Made by a program: the position numbers and the translations under genes
In this document: in pieces, positions 1 to 6,804 of the stretch
Numbering within the stretch: the stretch's first letter is position 1
Layout: each line of letters starts with the position of its first letter
The notes under the pieces: generated by a model
What the model was told of the DNA's origin: nothing
Seen by the model: the letters and a program-made list of their open reading frames with translations, nothing else
Database searches by the model: none
Source of the DNA: Verrucomicrobiota bacterium
GTDB taxonomy: Bacteria > Verrucomicrobiota > Verrucomicrobiia > Chthoniobacterales > UBA6821
Assembly: GCA_008932965.1 (NCBI GenBank)
Contig: WBXG01000068.1
Location: forward strand, 1-8,284
Reading direction: 5' to 3'
DNA: 8,284 nt

Positions 1-123
1 AGGCGGGCGAAGGATTGGGATGCCGGGCTGTATGTTTCATACTGTCCAAATCACAATTCGAGACCAACGCAGTAATGATGAGCTTTCCACAAGCCGTAAT
101 AGATTTAGTGTGAAATATCCGGG
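1..123 (-). mobile_element. Partial copy of a ~180-bp MITE-like repeat, truncated by the window edge and inverted relative to the complete copy at 4617-4796
   Basis: 4-34 matches the reverse complement of 4708-4738 at 30/31. 95-105 matches the reverse complement of 4634-4644 at 11/11. 111-126 matches the reverse complement of 4614-4629 at 16/16. The centre (35-94) is much more diverged. It ends in the same terminal motif (..TGAAATATCCGGG) followed by CTAG. There is no credible ORF. Confidence 0.6.
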
Positions 124-132
124 CTAGCCCGG
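119..132. repeat. Perfect 14-nt palindrome CCGGGCTAGCCCGG at the junction of the repeat terminus and flanking DNA
   Basis: Read directly: ccgggctagcccgg equals its own reverse complement. The left half is the repeat terminus. The right half repeats the terminus motif in the opposite orientation. Confidence 0.9.
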
Positions 133-154
133 GCAGTCTCCCAGCAGTCTCCCG
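133..154. repeat. Tandem direct repeat, 2 x 11 nt (GCAGTCTCCCA / GCAGTCTCCCG)
   Basis: 133-143 and 144-154 are identical at 10/11 positions. They lie in a locally GC-rich non-coding stretch upstream of the solute-binding protein gene. Confidence 0.85.
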
Positions 155-257
155 ACCGCCAGTGGTGCCCCATCAGCCTTTGCAACCTTCTAGTAGCAGG
201 ATCACAAAATGATTTTCTCTTTCCTTCAATGACACTAATGTGAATGGACACTTCACT

Positions 258-1850
258 ATGCGCTCTCCTTTGCGGTTTTTTTTCTACCTTTTCTTTTTTG
301 GGGGCACTCTTGTTTTTGAGGGATGTTTTCATCAAGCACCCAAAGCTGATTTAACATTTATTAATACAGCAGAGCCTGAGAGTCTCGATCCCCAACTTGT
401 TACTGGTCAACCTGAGGGACGTCTTATTTCCGAGCTTTTTGAGGGGCTGTTGCGATTCAATCAGGCCGGTCAGGAAGAACCCGGAGTAGCAACAACCTGG
501 GAGCTCTCCCCAGATCAATGCACCTATACCTTTCATTTACGTCCTGAAGCACGTTGGTCTGATGGAAAGCCTGTTACAGCAGAGGATTTTGTTCAATCCT
601 GGCAACGCATGCTTCTTCCTACAACAGCTGCTCCGTATAGTGATCAATTTTTTGTGATACGAGGGGCAGAAGATTTTGCATCAGCAAAAATTCCTTTTTC
701 ACGTGTTGGGATCAAAGCTCTTAACTCCGAAACACTTCAAGTCACGCTTCAGCATCCAACTCCCTATTTCTTACAGCTCTGCGCCCTTTGGTTCTTTTTT
801 CCTGTAAGAATCGATCTTATTAATCGTTGTGGGGATAATTGGATTAAAGCCAATAACATGATTTGTAATGGTCCCTATGTTCTCTCTGAGTGGAGGATCA
901 ATGATAAAATAACATTAAAAAAGAATCCCTTCTATTGGGATGCCTCTCATGTAGCTCTTAAGAGCATTGATATACTACCTATCAGCCAAGCCACGGTAGC
1001 TTTTAATTTTTATGCTGCAGGGCAGGCCGATCTTATGATGGGAAGACCCTCCTCCTCGCTTATTGATGCACTAAAAAAGAGAAAAGATTTTCATGTTTCC
1101 CCTTATCTTGGGATTACCTTCCTACGCTTGAACTGCTCGCGAGCCCCATTTCAAGACCCTCGGGTTCGACAGGCATTCGGACTGGTTATTAATCGTCGTC
1201 GGCTTACTGAAAAAATCACTCGTGCTGGTGAACCCCTAGCTGAAAGTTTTGTCCCTCCAGGAATTCCTGGTTACGAGTCCCCAGAGGGTCTTGGATATGA
1301 TCCTAGTTTGGCTAGAGCATTACTGGCGGAGGCGGGTTATCCAGGAGGAAAAAATTTTCCATTAATCAATTATCTTTATAGCGAAGGAGAGATGAATGAG
1401 GGAATCGCAGTGGAACTTCAATCCATGTGGCAAAAAGAACTTGGAGTTTCTGTTTTGCTAGAGCGCCGTGAATGGAGGACCTATTTAAGTTCTATGAATC
1501 GATTGGATTATGGAATGGCTATTTCAAATTGGATTGGTGATTATGCAGATCCTAATAGCTTTCTGGAGCTTTTTGTCACTGGAGGAGACAATAATCGAAC
1601 TGGTTGGAGTTCCTCTTCCTATGATCATGATCTAATAGAGGCCTCTCTAAGAACGAATCCCATTCAAAGATTCGCTCTGCTTCGAGCAGCAGAAAAGATA
1701 TTAGTGCAACGTGAGGTGCCCGTGATTCCCCTTTTTTTTAATCTTGGGATGCAACTCTACCACCCCGAAGAGCTAGGGGGAATCGAGCCTAATTTATTCG
1801 ATAAACACCCCCTTTCCCAGATGTATCGAAAATCAAAAAATGAGAATTGA
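258..1850 (+). CDS. ABC transporter substrate-binding protein, family 5 (oligopeptide/dipeptide OppA/DppA-like), secreted or membrane-anchored
   Basis: 530-536 aa ORF. Family-5 signature region WSDGKPVTAEDFVQSWQR closely resembles the E. coli OppA WSDGTPVTAHDFVYSWQR region. N-terminal signal-like segment is MRSPLRFFFYLFFFGGTLVFEGC. ATG 258 is preferred over the in-frame GTG 240, but the start is uncertain. F-E-G-C is not a canonical lipobox (Glu at -2), so lipoprotein status is uncertain. Ligand specificity cannot be read from sequence. Confidence 0.9.
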   Translation: MRSPLRFFFYLFFFGGTLVFEGCFHQAPKADLTFINTAEPESLDPQLVTGQPEGRLISELFEGLLRFNQAGQEEPGVATTWELSPDQCTYTFHLRPEARWSDGKPVTAEDFVQSWQRMLLPTTAAPYSDQFFVIRGAEDFASAKIPFSRVGIKALNSETLQVTLQHPTPYFLQLCALWFFFPVRIDLINRCGDNWIKANNMICNGPYVLSEWRINDKITLKKNPFYWDASHVALKSIDILPISQATVAFNFYAAGQADLMMGRPSSSLIDALKKRKDFHVSPYLGITFLRLNCSRAPFQDPRVRQAFGLVINRRRLTEKITRAGEPLAESFVPPGIPGYESPEGLGYDPSLARALLAEAGYPGGKNFPLINYLYSEGEMNEGIAVELQSMWQKELGVSVLLERREWRTYLSSMNRLDYGMAISNWIGDYADPNSFLELFVTGGDNNRTGWSSSSYDHDLIEASLRTNPIQRFALLRAAEKILVQREVPVIPLFFNLGMQLYHPEELGGIEPNLFDKHPLSQMYRKSKNEN

Positions 1851-1970
1851 GTCATTAAAAAACTATTACTCGTTCCTGTAAGCGGGTATAAAAACTGAAA
1901 ATAAAATTATTAAAGAAGGACTATTATCTAAATATTTTAAAAAAGGATCCAAAAATCCTATGCATGAATC

Positions 1971-2792
1971 ATGACTCTTTTTATGAACTTTTCTTTCAAT
2001 CACTCTTGTGTCTTAATTACTGGAGCCTCTGCCGGTCTTGGTGCCGAATTTGCAAGGCAATTAGCGCCTCATGCTGCCACGTTGATATTAGTTGCTCGGC
2101 GGAGAGAACGATTGGAAAAATTGGCTGATGATTTGCAAAAAAAATATCCTGAGCTCCATGTTTATCTGCAGGTATGCGATTTGACCTCTATTGATGAACG
2201 AGAAAAACTGGTTGCTTGGGTTCGGGAAGAGGAGTTGCCACTTAATTTCGTGATCAATAATGCTGGGTTGGGAAATTTGGGTGAATTTCATGATGCTTCC
2301 TGGCAACGCATCCAAGGGATTCTTGATCTTAACATAGGGGCACTCACCCATCTAACACACCTTCTCTTGCCAATACTTAGAAAACAGGCTCCGAGTGCTC
2401 TGCTGCAGGTCGGTTCTATTGTCGGTTTTTTTCCAATAGAGGGGCATGCTGTTTATGCTGCTTCAAAAGCTTACGTTCAAAGCTTCACCCAGGCATTACA
2501 TCTCGAAGAAGAGAAGCATGGAGTCCATGTGATATTGCTTGCTCCTGGAGCAGTGCCTACAGAATTTTTTAAGGTTGCCTCTCGTCTCCAAGAGCCCATC
2601 TCTCTTACTTCTCGTTCTCCAGCCTGTTTCATTACCTCTCCTGAAAAAGTAGTTGCCGTCGCTCTTGAGGCCGTTGTGAAGAAGAGAGCAATTGTTATTC
2701 CCAACAAACTCTTGAGTATTGTTGTTCAATTCCTACGATTTGCTCCTATCTTTCTATTTCAGAAGGTTTTTTTAAAAAATAAGAAAAGATGA
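1971..2792 (+). CDS. Short-chain dehydrogenase/reductase (classical SDR) family oxidoreductase with a hydrophobic C-terminal tail
   Basis: Cofactor motif TGASAGLG, NNAG motif (INNAGLG) and catalytic YAASK (YxxxK). The C-terminus LLSIVVQFLRFAPIFLFQKVF is hydrophobic. An alternative start ATG at 1983 gives MNFSFNHSCVLITGAS. Confidence 0.9.
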   Translation: MTLFMNFSFNHSCVLITGASAGLGAEFARQLAPHAATLILVARRRERLEKLADDLQKKYPELHVYLQVCDLTSIDEREKLVAWVREEELPLNFVINNAGLGNLGEFHDASWQRIQGILDLNIGALTHLTHLLLPILRKQAPSALLQVGSIVGFFPIEGHAVYAASKAYVQSFTQALHLEEEKHGVHVILLAPGAVPTEFFKVASRLQEPISLTSRSPACFITSPEKVVAVALEAVVKKRAIVIPNKLLSIVVQFLRFAPIFLFQKVFLKNKKR

Positions 2793-2828
2793 AATTGACA
2801 TGTATTATTGAGGAGAGAGAGTAACACA

Positions 2829-3866
2829 GTGAAAATTCCATCCTCATGGGCAAAGCCCTCACTCTCCTCTTCGCCAAATGATGCATTTAGAGCTGCAATA
2901 GATCTTGTTGCCTCTCCAATGCAAACTATCGAAGAGAAGTTGCATGACCAAGGAACCTTCTTTGAAGAAGGCGTCCAAGCCTATATTACTTATGCTTGTG
3001 GAAGTAGCGGGAAGCGTCTTCGCCCACTCCTGGCCTTTCTTGTAGGAGGAGCAACGGGAAACATCACTTCAGAGCATCTCAATCTAGCCCTGATTGTTGA
3101 GTTAATTCATATCGCTAGTCTTGTTCATGATGACATCATGGATGGAGCGGTTGTTCGTCGTGAACGACCCACGCTCAATGCAAAATGGGGGAATGGACTT
3201 ACTGTTCTGGTGGGAGATATTCTCTTTGCTCATGCATTACGTCTGGCAACACAATTTTCTGATTCTCAAATGTCACGTCGTATTGCTGATGCTGCCATTG
3301 GAGTATGTTCCGGGGAGATGCTACAAACCGAGCGTCGATTCGATGTCAACCTGACGCTAGAACATTATTTCCGAATCATTGAGATGAAGACAGGCTCCCT
3401 CTTTGCTGTTGCATGTGAATTAGGAGCTCTTCTAAATAACAGCTCCGATGAGGTGACTGCTGCATTGAAAATATTTGGAATGAAAATAGGTATTGCCTAC
3501 CAGCTTTTAGATGACTGTATTGACCTTCTTGGTGATGAAAAAAATATCGGCAAAACATTGGGGACCGATTTAATAGGTGGAAAATTTACTCTTCCAATCT
3601 TGCTCCTTCTTCAATCTGCCTCTAGCAAGGATCAGGAGAACTTACATCACTCTCTCCTAAATGATTCAGGAGTTCATCGCGAAGAGGTTGTTGAGCTCCT
3701 GTTTGAAAAAGGGACCTTTGATAAAGCTATTATTGAGATAAATAATTTAATGGATCAAGCCGAGGCAGCACTGCTTTTGATTCCTAAAAATGAGTATGTT
3801 GAAGGTCTCTATGGAATGGCTACTTACTTGAGGGGACTCATTCCTACCAAGCTTTCCATTAAATAA
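2829..3866 (+). CDS. Long-chain trans-polyprenyl diphosphate synthase (IspB/octaprenyl-type family; chain length not determinable)
   Basis: First Asp-rich motif LVHDDIMDG and second LLDDCIDL. Small residues (A, S) at -5/-4 before the first motif, as in long-chain enzymes (E. coli IspB has A, T). GKRLRP motif. Start is ambiguous: GTG 2829 lies 13 nt after AGGAG (2811-2815), and the track's TTG 2808 is also possible. ATG 2919 would remove the conserved N-terminal helix. Confidence 0.88.
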   Translation: MKIPSSWAKPSLSSSPNDAFRAAIDLVASPMQTIEEKLHDQGTFFEEGVQAYITYACGSSGKRLRPLLAFLVGGATGNITSEHLNLALIVELIHIASLVHDDIMDGAVVRRERPTLNAKWGNGLTVLVGDILFAHALRLATQFSDSQMSRRIADAAIGVCSGEMLQTERRFDVNLTLEHYFRIIEMKTGSLFAVACELGALLNNSSDEVTAALKIFGMKIGIAYQLLDDCIDLLGDEKNIGKTLGTDLIGGKFTLPILLLLQSASSKDQENLHHSLLNDSGVHREEVVELLFEKGTFDKAIIEINNLMDQAEAALLLIPKNEYVEGLYGMATYLRGLIPTKLSIK

Positions 3867-3920
3867 TCGAACCATTGCAGTCTGTTCTTTTGGCACTCTG
3901 CCTCGTAGTTATATTTCTGC

Positions 3921-4616
3921 ATGAATTCTTTAAAAGAAAAATCTTTCTCTAAAAAAGATCTTCCTCGTGAACGTATCGCTGCGCATGGTGCAGAGGCATT
4001 GCACGATACGGAGCTACTCGCCATTTTTTTAAGAACAGGTCGTGTAGGTCATCATGTGCTTGAGGTTGCTGACGAGCTCATCAAGGAGTGGGGGACATTA
4101 AGACGACTTGCAGGATGCTCGATCGAGGAGCTATCTCAAATTTCTGGTATTGGTCCAGCCAAAGCTGCTGAGCTTAAAGCTGCCTTTGAGATGGGAAAAA
4201 GAATAGCAGCTCCAGAGAAAGAAAAAATTTCTATTGTCAATGGTGAAGATATTTACAATGTGATGAAATCGCACCTTCTCTTGCTCCCTTATGAATCGCT
4301 TTGGGTTTTATTGCTCGATACTCGTGGAGGGTTAATGGAGCAGCGTGAAATATTTCGAGGAAGCTTGAGTCAAACAGTAGCCCATCCAAGAGAAATCTTT
4401 CAGCTAGCCATTGTCAAGCGGGCTTATGCAATCGCCATAGCTCACAACCATCCCTCCGGAGATCCCACTCCAAGTCGTTCTGATCGTCTTTTTACCAATC
4501 GTCTCATCAAAGCAGGAGAATGCCTGCAACTTCCCCTTGCCGACCATGTGATCATTGGAAGCGCTTGTGGAGAGCGTCAGCCCTATTTCAGTTTTCGTGA
4601 AGCAGGATTGATTTAG
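3921..4616 (+). CDS. radC: RadC-family JAB/MPN-domain protein (UPF0758), full-length form with N-terminal helix-hairpin-helix
   Basis: JAMM-type motif AHNHPSGDPTPSRSD. N-terminal LHDTELLAIFLRTG and HhH-like ISGIGPAKAAELKAAFEMGKR. 231 aa is the typical chromosomal RadC size. Confidence 0.92.
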   Translation: MNSLKEKSFSKKDLPRERIAAHGAEALHDTELLAIFLRTGRVGHHVLEVADELIKEWGTLRRLAGCSIEELSQISGIGPAKAAELKAAFEMGKRIAAPEKEKISIVNGEDIYNVMKSHLLLLPYESLWVLLLDTRGGLMEQREIFRGSLSQTVAHPREIFQLAIVKRAYAIAIAHNHPSGDPTPSRSDRLFTNRLIKAGECLQLPLADHVIIGSACGERQPYFSFREAGLI

Positions 4617-4796
4617 CCCGGATATTTCATACCAATCTATTACGAAAGCCGGTAAGTCAGATGGATGCCGCTCCCAAGCTCAAAGTCTTCCTTGGGCAGT
4701 AGGGACTCATACAGCCCGGCATCACAATCCTTCGCCCGTCTTGTACTAATGAGCTTTGTAGGGCGCCTCATGACACTTCATTATGAAATATTCGGG
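4617..4796 (+). mobile_element. Complete MITE-like non-autonomous element (~180 bp) with terminal inverted repeats and flanking TTAG duplication
   Basis: Left end 4617-4631 is cccggatatttcata. The reverse complement of 4782-4796 is cccgaatatttcata, a 14/15 match. TTAG sits at 4613-4616 and again at 4797-4800. There is no ORF. An internal hairpin has stems 4673-4678 and 4691-4696 (cccaag/cttggg). A related copy lies at 1-123. Confidence 0.6.
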
Positions 4797-4925
4797 TTAG
4801 TTCGAGGTAATGGCGAATGGGAAATATGCCAGTGAGGAGTAGTGTTTTTAAAAAATGAATCTGAATATTTTTCCTTAGCAAAAAACGGCTTACTCGTTAC
4901 TCTCGTGATTCCTTATTAGTTAACT

Positions 4926-5750
4926 ATGAGATCCATGATTCACCCTACTGCACTTATCTCTCCTGAAGCCACCATTGCCGATGATGTCACTATTGGCCCT
5001 GGAGCCATTATTGAAGCAGGAGCGGTTATTGGTCGGGGGTGTCGCATTTTGGCACGAGCAGTGATCACTGGTGAGGTGACTCTTGGAGAAAATAATGAAG
5101 TTGGTATTGGAGCGGTTCTTGGAGCTACTCCACAAGTGATCGGTTTTGACCAAGAAATTAAAAGCTCTCTTCATATCGGTAATGGAAATACGTTTCGTGA
5201 GTATGTAACGATCCACCGTGGCATGAGTGAGGGAAGCAGCACAGTAGTTGGGGATCATAATTTTTTAATGGTGGGTGTTCATCTAGGGCATAATGTCTCG
5301 GTAGCCAATCATGTTATTATTGCCAATAATTGCTTGCTTGCAGGCCATGTCGAAATCGACGAAAGGGCCGTTTTAGGTGGTGGTGCTGTTTTTCACCAAT
5401 TTATTCGTATTGGAAAATATGCCATGGTACGCGGTGGAAGCCGTATGAGTAAAAATATTCCTCCCTACGTCACGGCCTATGAAAGTGATTTAGTTTCGGG
5501 TCTCAATGTTGTAGGGCTCCGTCGGGCTGGAATGAGTTCTGCCACACGTTTGGAACTTAAAAAAGCATTTCAGCTTCTCTATCGCAGTGGGCTCAATATC
5601 ACTCAAGCTCTCGAAGCAGCTGCTCTAACAACATGGTCCCCTGAGGCTCTTCATTTCTTTGAATTCATTGGCAACTCCAAAAAAAGAGGTGTCTGCCGAA
5701 GCGAAAAATCTTCCTCATCCATTATTGCTCCGACCTCTGCAGAAGATTAG
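4926..5750 (+). CDS. lpxA: Acyl-ACP--UDP-N-acetylglucosamine O-acyltransferase (first step of lipid A synthesis)
   Basis: N-terminus MIHPTALISPEATIADDVTIGPGAIIE followed by successive hexapeptide (left-handed beta-helix) repeats. C-terminal helical domain ends in the LpxA-typical F..F...SKRG. About 270 aa. An alternative start ATG at 4935 exists. Confidence 0.9.
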   Translation: MRSMIHPTALISPEATIADDVTIGPGAIIEAGAVIGRGCRILARAVITGEVTLGENNEVGIGAVLGATPQVIGFDQEIKSSLHIGNGNTFREYVTIHRGMSEGSSTVVGDHNFLMVGVHLGHNVSVANHVIIANNCLLAGHVEIDERAVLGGGAVFHQFIRIGKYAMVRGGSRMSKNIPPYVTAYESDLVSGLNVVGLRRAGMSSATRLELKKAFQLLYRSGLNITQALEAAALTTWSPEALHFFEFIGNSKKRGVCRSEKSSSSIIAPTSAED

Positions 5751-5774
5751 ATCATCTTGAAAAAGTTATAGCTT

Positions 5775-6779
5775 CTATTTTTTCAACTGGCAGCTCTTGA
5801 TAATATCAATAGCTTCTTGAATGCAAGAGACAGTGGCTACACGATTCTCAAAATGAGCTTGCTGAGCTAATGTTAGCAAGAGTGGCCAAACTGGTTTTGT
5901 TTTTGCAGGGTAATCACCATTACCATTGGGGGTAGGATTCCAATATTCTTTATTAACCAAAACAATGGGGCGTTTCTTTTCGCTTGTATAGTGGTGGTTC
6001 TGCAAAGTTGCGATAAAAATCTCCTCAATAGTACCTAATGATCCTTCAAAAAAAATAATCCCCTGACAGCAAATGCGTATCAAAATTTCCTCACGCAAGG
6101 CGTTATTAAAAAATTTTGCAATATCAGTTGCAAAGGTATTTGTCTTTTCATTGGTGTAATGCCACGTAGCCAACGCTAAACTTCTTCTTTCCTCTTTTTT
6201 ATACAAAGAAAGAGTTTTTTGACGTAGTTTCCATGAGGTTTCAAATAAAAGATTATCCTGATTAAGAGTACACTTAGGAAGGATCATGCTTTTGATAGCA
6301 TCTGGAAGAGCAGAATCATCCAAGGGGGCTAGCCAAGCGCCCAGATTAGCAGCTTCCATGATTCCTCCTCCGCCACCTGTAACAATGAAATATTTTTCCC
6401 TTGTTAGTGCTCGTGCCATTTTTGCAACTTCAAAATATAATTCAGAATCTCTAGGAACAGTATGCCCTCCCATAATTCCTATGATTCCAGGACATTTATG
6501 ATTAGGAGGTATAGAGGATGCTCCATCGAAGGAGTCAAAATACTTTTTAAGATCTACTTCAAGCCAATAGTCGTGCAAACATTCTTTGAGTTTCTTTTTT
6601 TTAAAAAATTCAATTTGATTTTTTGTTCTAGAAAGATTTTTTGTGTGAAGCTCATCCTCATAGAGGCATTTGTATTCCTCACAAGTTTTCCAATCAAAAC
6701 TTGATTGATAACTACCAGGAACATCGGGATTAAAACCTTCAAACAATTTTTCTACAGTATATAAACTCATTGGATGCAT
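5775..6779 (-). CDS. LOG/PpnN-like (TIGR00730-type) Rossmann-fold nucleotide-binding protein with an N-terminal extension of about 95 aa of unknown function
   Basis: Motifs IMGGH, TGGGGGIMEAANLGA and EGSLGTIEE, the last a variant of the LOG PGGxGTxxE motif. Start is set at ATG 6779 (MHPMSLYT), which has AGGA 6 nt upstream (6789-6786) and lies 25 nt after the ald stop. The longest ORF (start 6875) would overlap ald by 71 nt. Confidence 0.7.
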   Translation of the reverse strand: MHPMSLYTVEKLFEGFNPDVPGSYQSSFDWKTCEEYKCLYEDELHTKNLSRTKNQIEFFKKKKLKECLHDYWLEVDLKKYFDSFDGASSIPPNHKCPGIIGIMGGHTVPRDSELYFEVAKMARALTREKYFIVTGGGGGIMEAANLGAWLAPLDDSALPDAIKSMILPKCTLNQDNLLFETSWKLRQKTLSLYKKEERRSLALATWHYTNEKTNTFATDIAKFFNNALREEILIRICCQGIIFFEGSLGTIEEIFIATLQNHHYTSEKKRPIVLVNKEYWNPTPNGNGDYPAKTKPVWPLLLTLAQQAHFENRVATVSCIQEAIDIIKSCQLKK

Positions 6780-6804
6780 TGTGTTTCCTAATCTCTCTTG
6801 CCTC

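Noticed and set aside
133-154. Tandem 11-mer considered as a CRISPR or other array
   Set aside because: There are only two short units with no spacers and no cas genes. It is a simple tandem duplication.
105-335. 76-aa minus-strand ORF spanning the repeat end, the GC-rich stretch and the start of the solute-binding protein gene
   Set aside because: It lies antisense to a well-supported CDS start and runs through repeat and palindrome sequence. Its Lys/Arg-rich composition is low-complexity, with no recognisable motif and no ribosome-binding site.
1944-1959. Hairpin aggat-ccaaaa-atcct after the solute-binding protein gene, considered as a terminator
   Set aside because: The stem is only 5 bp and AT-rich with no following T-run. 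It sits directly in front of the SDR start codon.
3921-4616. RadC considered as a marker of a mobile element, anti-restriction module or defence island
   Set aside because: This is the full-length ~230-aa form with the N-terminal HhH region typical of chromosomal radC. It is co-oriented with housekeeping genes, and no conjugation, phage or restriction genes are adjacent.
4794-4810. gggttagttcgagg and the tcgaacc at 3867-3873, considered as tRNA T-arm fragments or an att site
   Set aside because: No cloverleaf can be built around either. There are no acceptor or anticodon arms and no integrase nearby.
4810-4842. 10-codon mini-ORF (MANGKYASEE) just after the MITE-like element
   Set aside because: It is too short to support, and its GAGG lies only 2 nt from the ATG. 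There is no evidence of a leader-peptide or attenuator structure.
4875-4903. Possible sigma-70-like promoter for lpxA (TTAGCA, 17 nt, TACTCT)
   Set aside because: Both hexamers match the consensus poorly, and such matches are expected by chance in AT-rich DNA. It is not supportable without a mapped transcription start.
5743-5758. Hairpin aagat-tagatc-atctt between the convergent lpxA and LOG-like genes, considered as a bidirectional terminator
   Set aside because: The stem is 5 bp and weak, it overlaps the lpxA stop codon, and neither strand has a U-tract after the stem.
5775-6779. LOG/SLOG-fold protein considered as a Thoeris ThsA-like or other nucleotide-signal defence sensor
   Set aside because: It has no SIR2, TIR, TM or nuclease effector domain, and no ThsB-like or cyclase partner gene is nearby. 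It is flanked by ald and lpxA, so a metabolic LOG/PpnN-type role is more likely.
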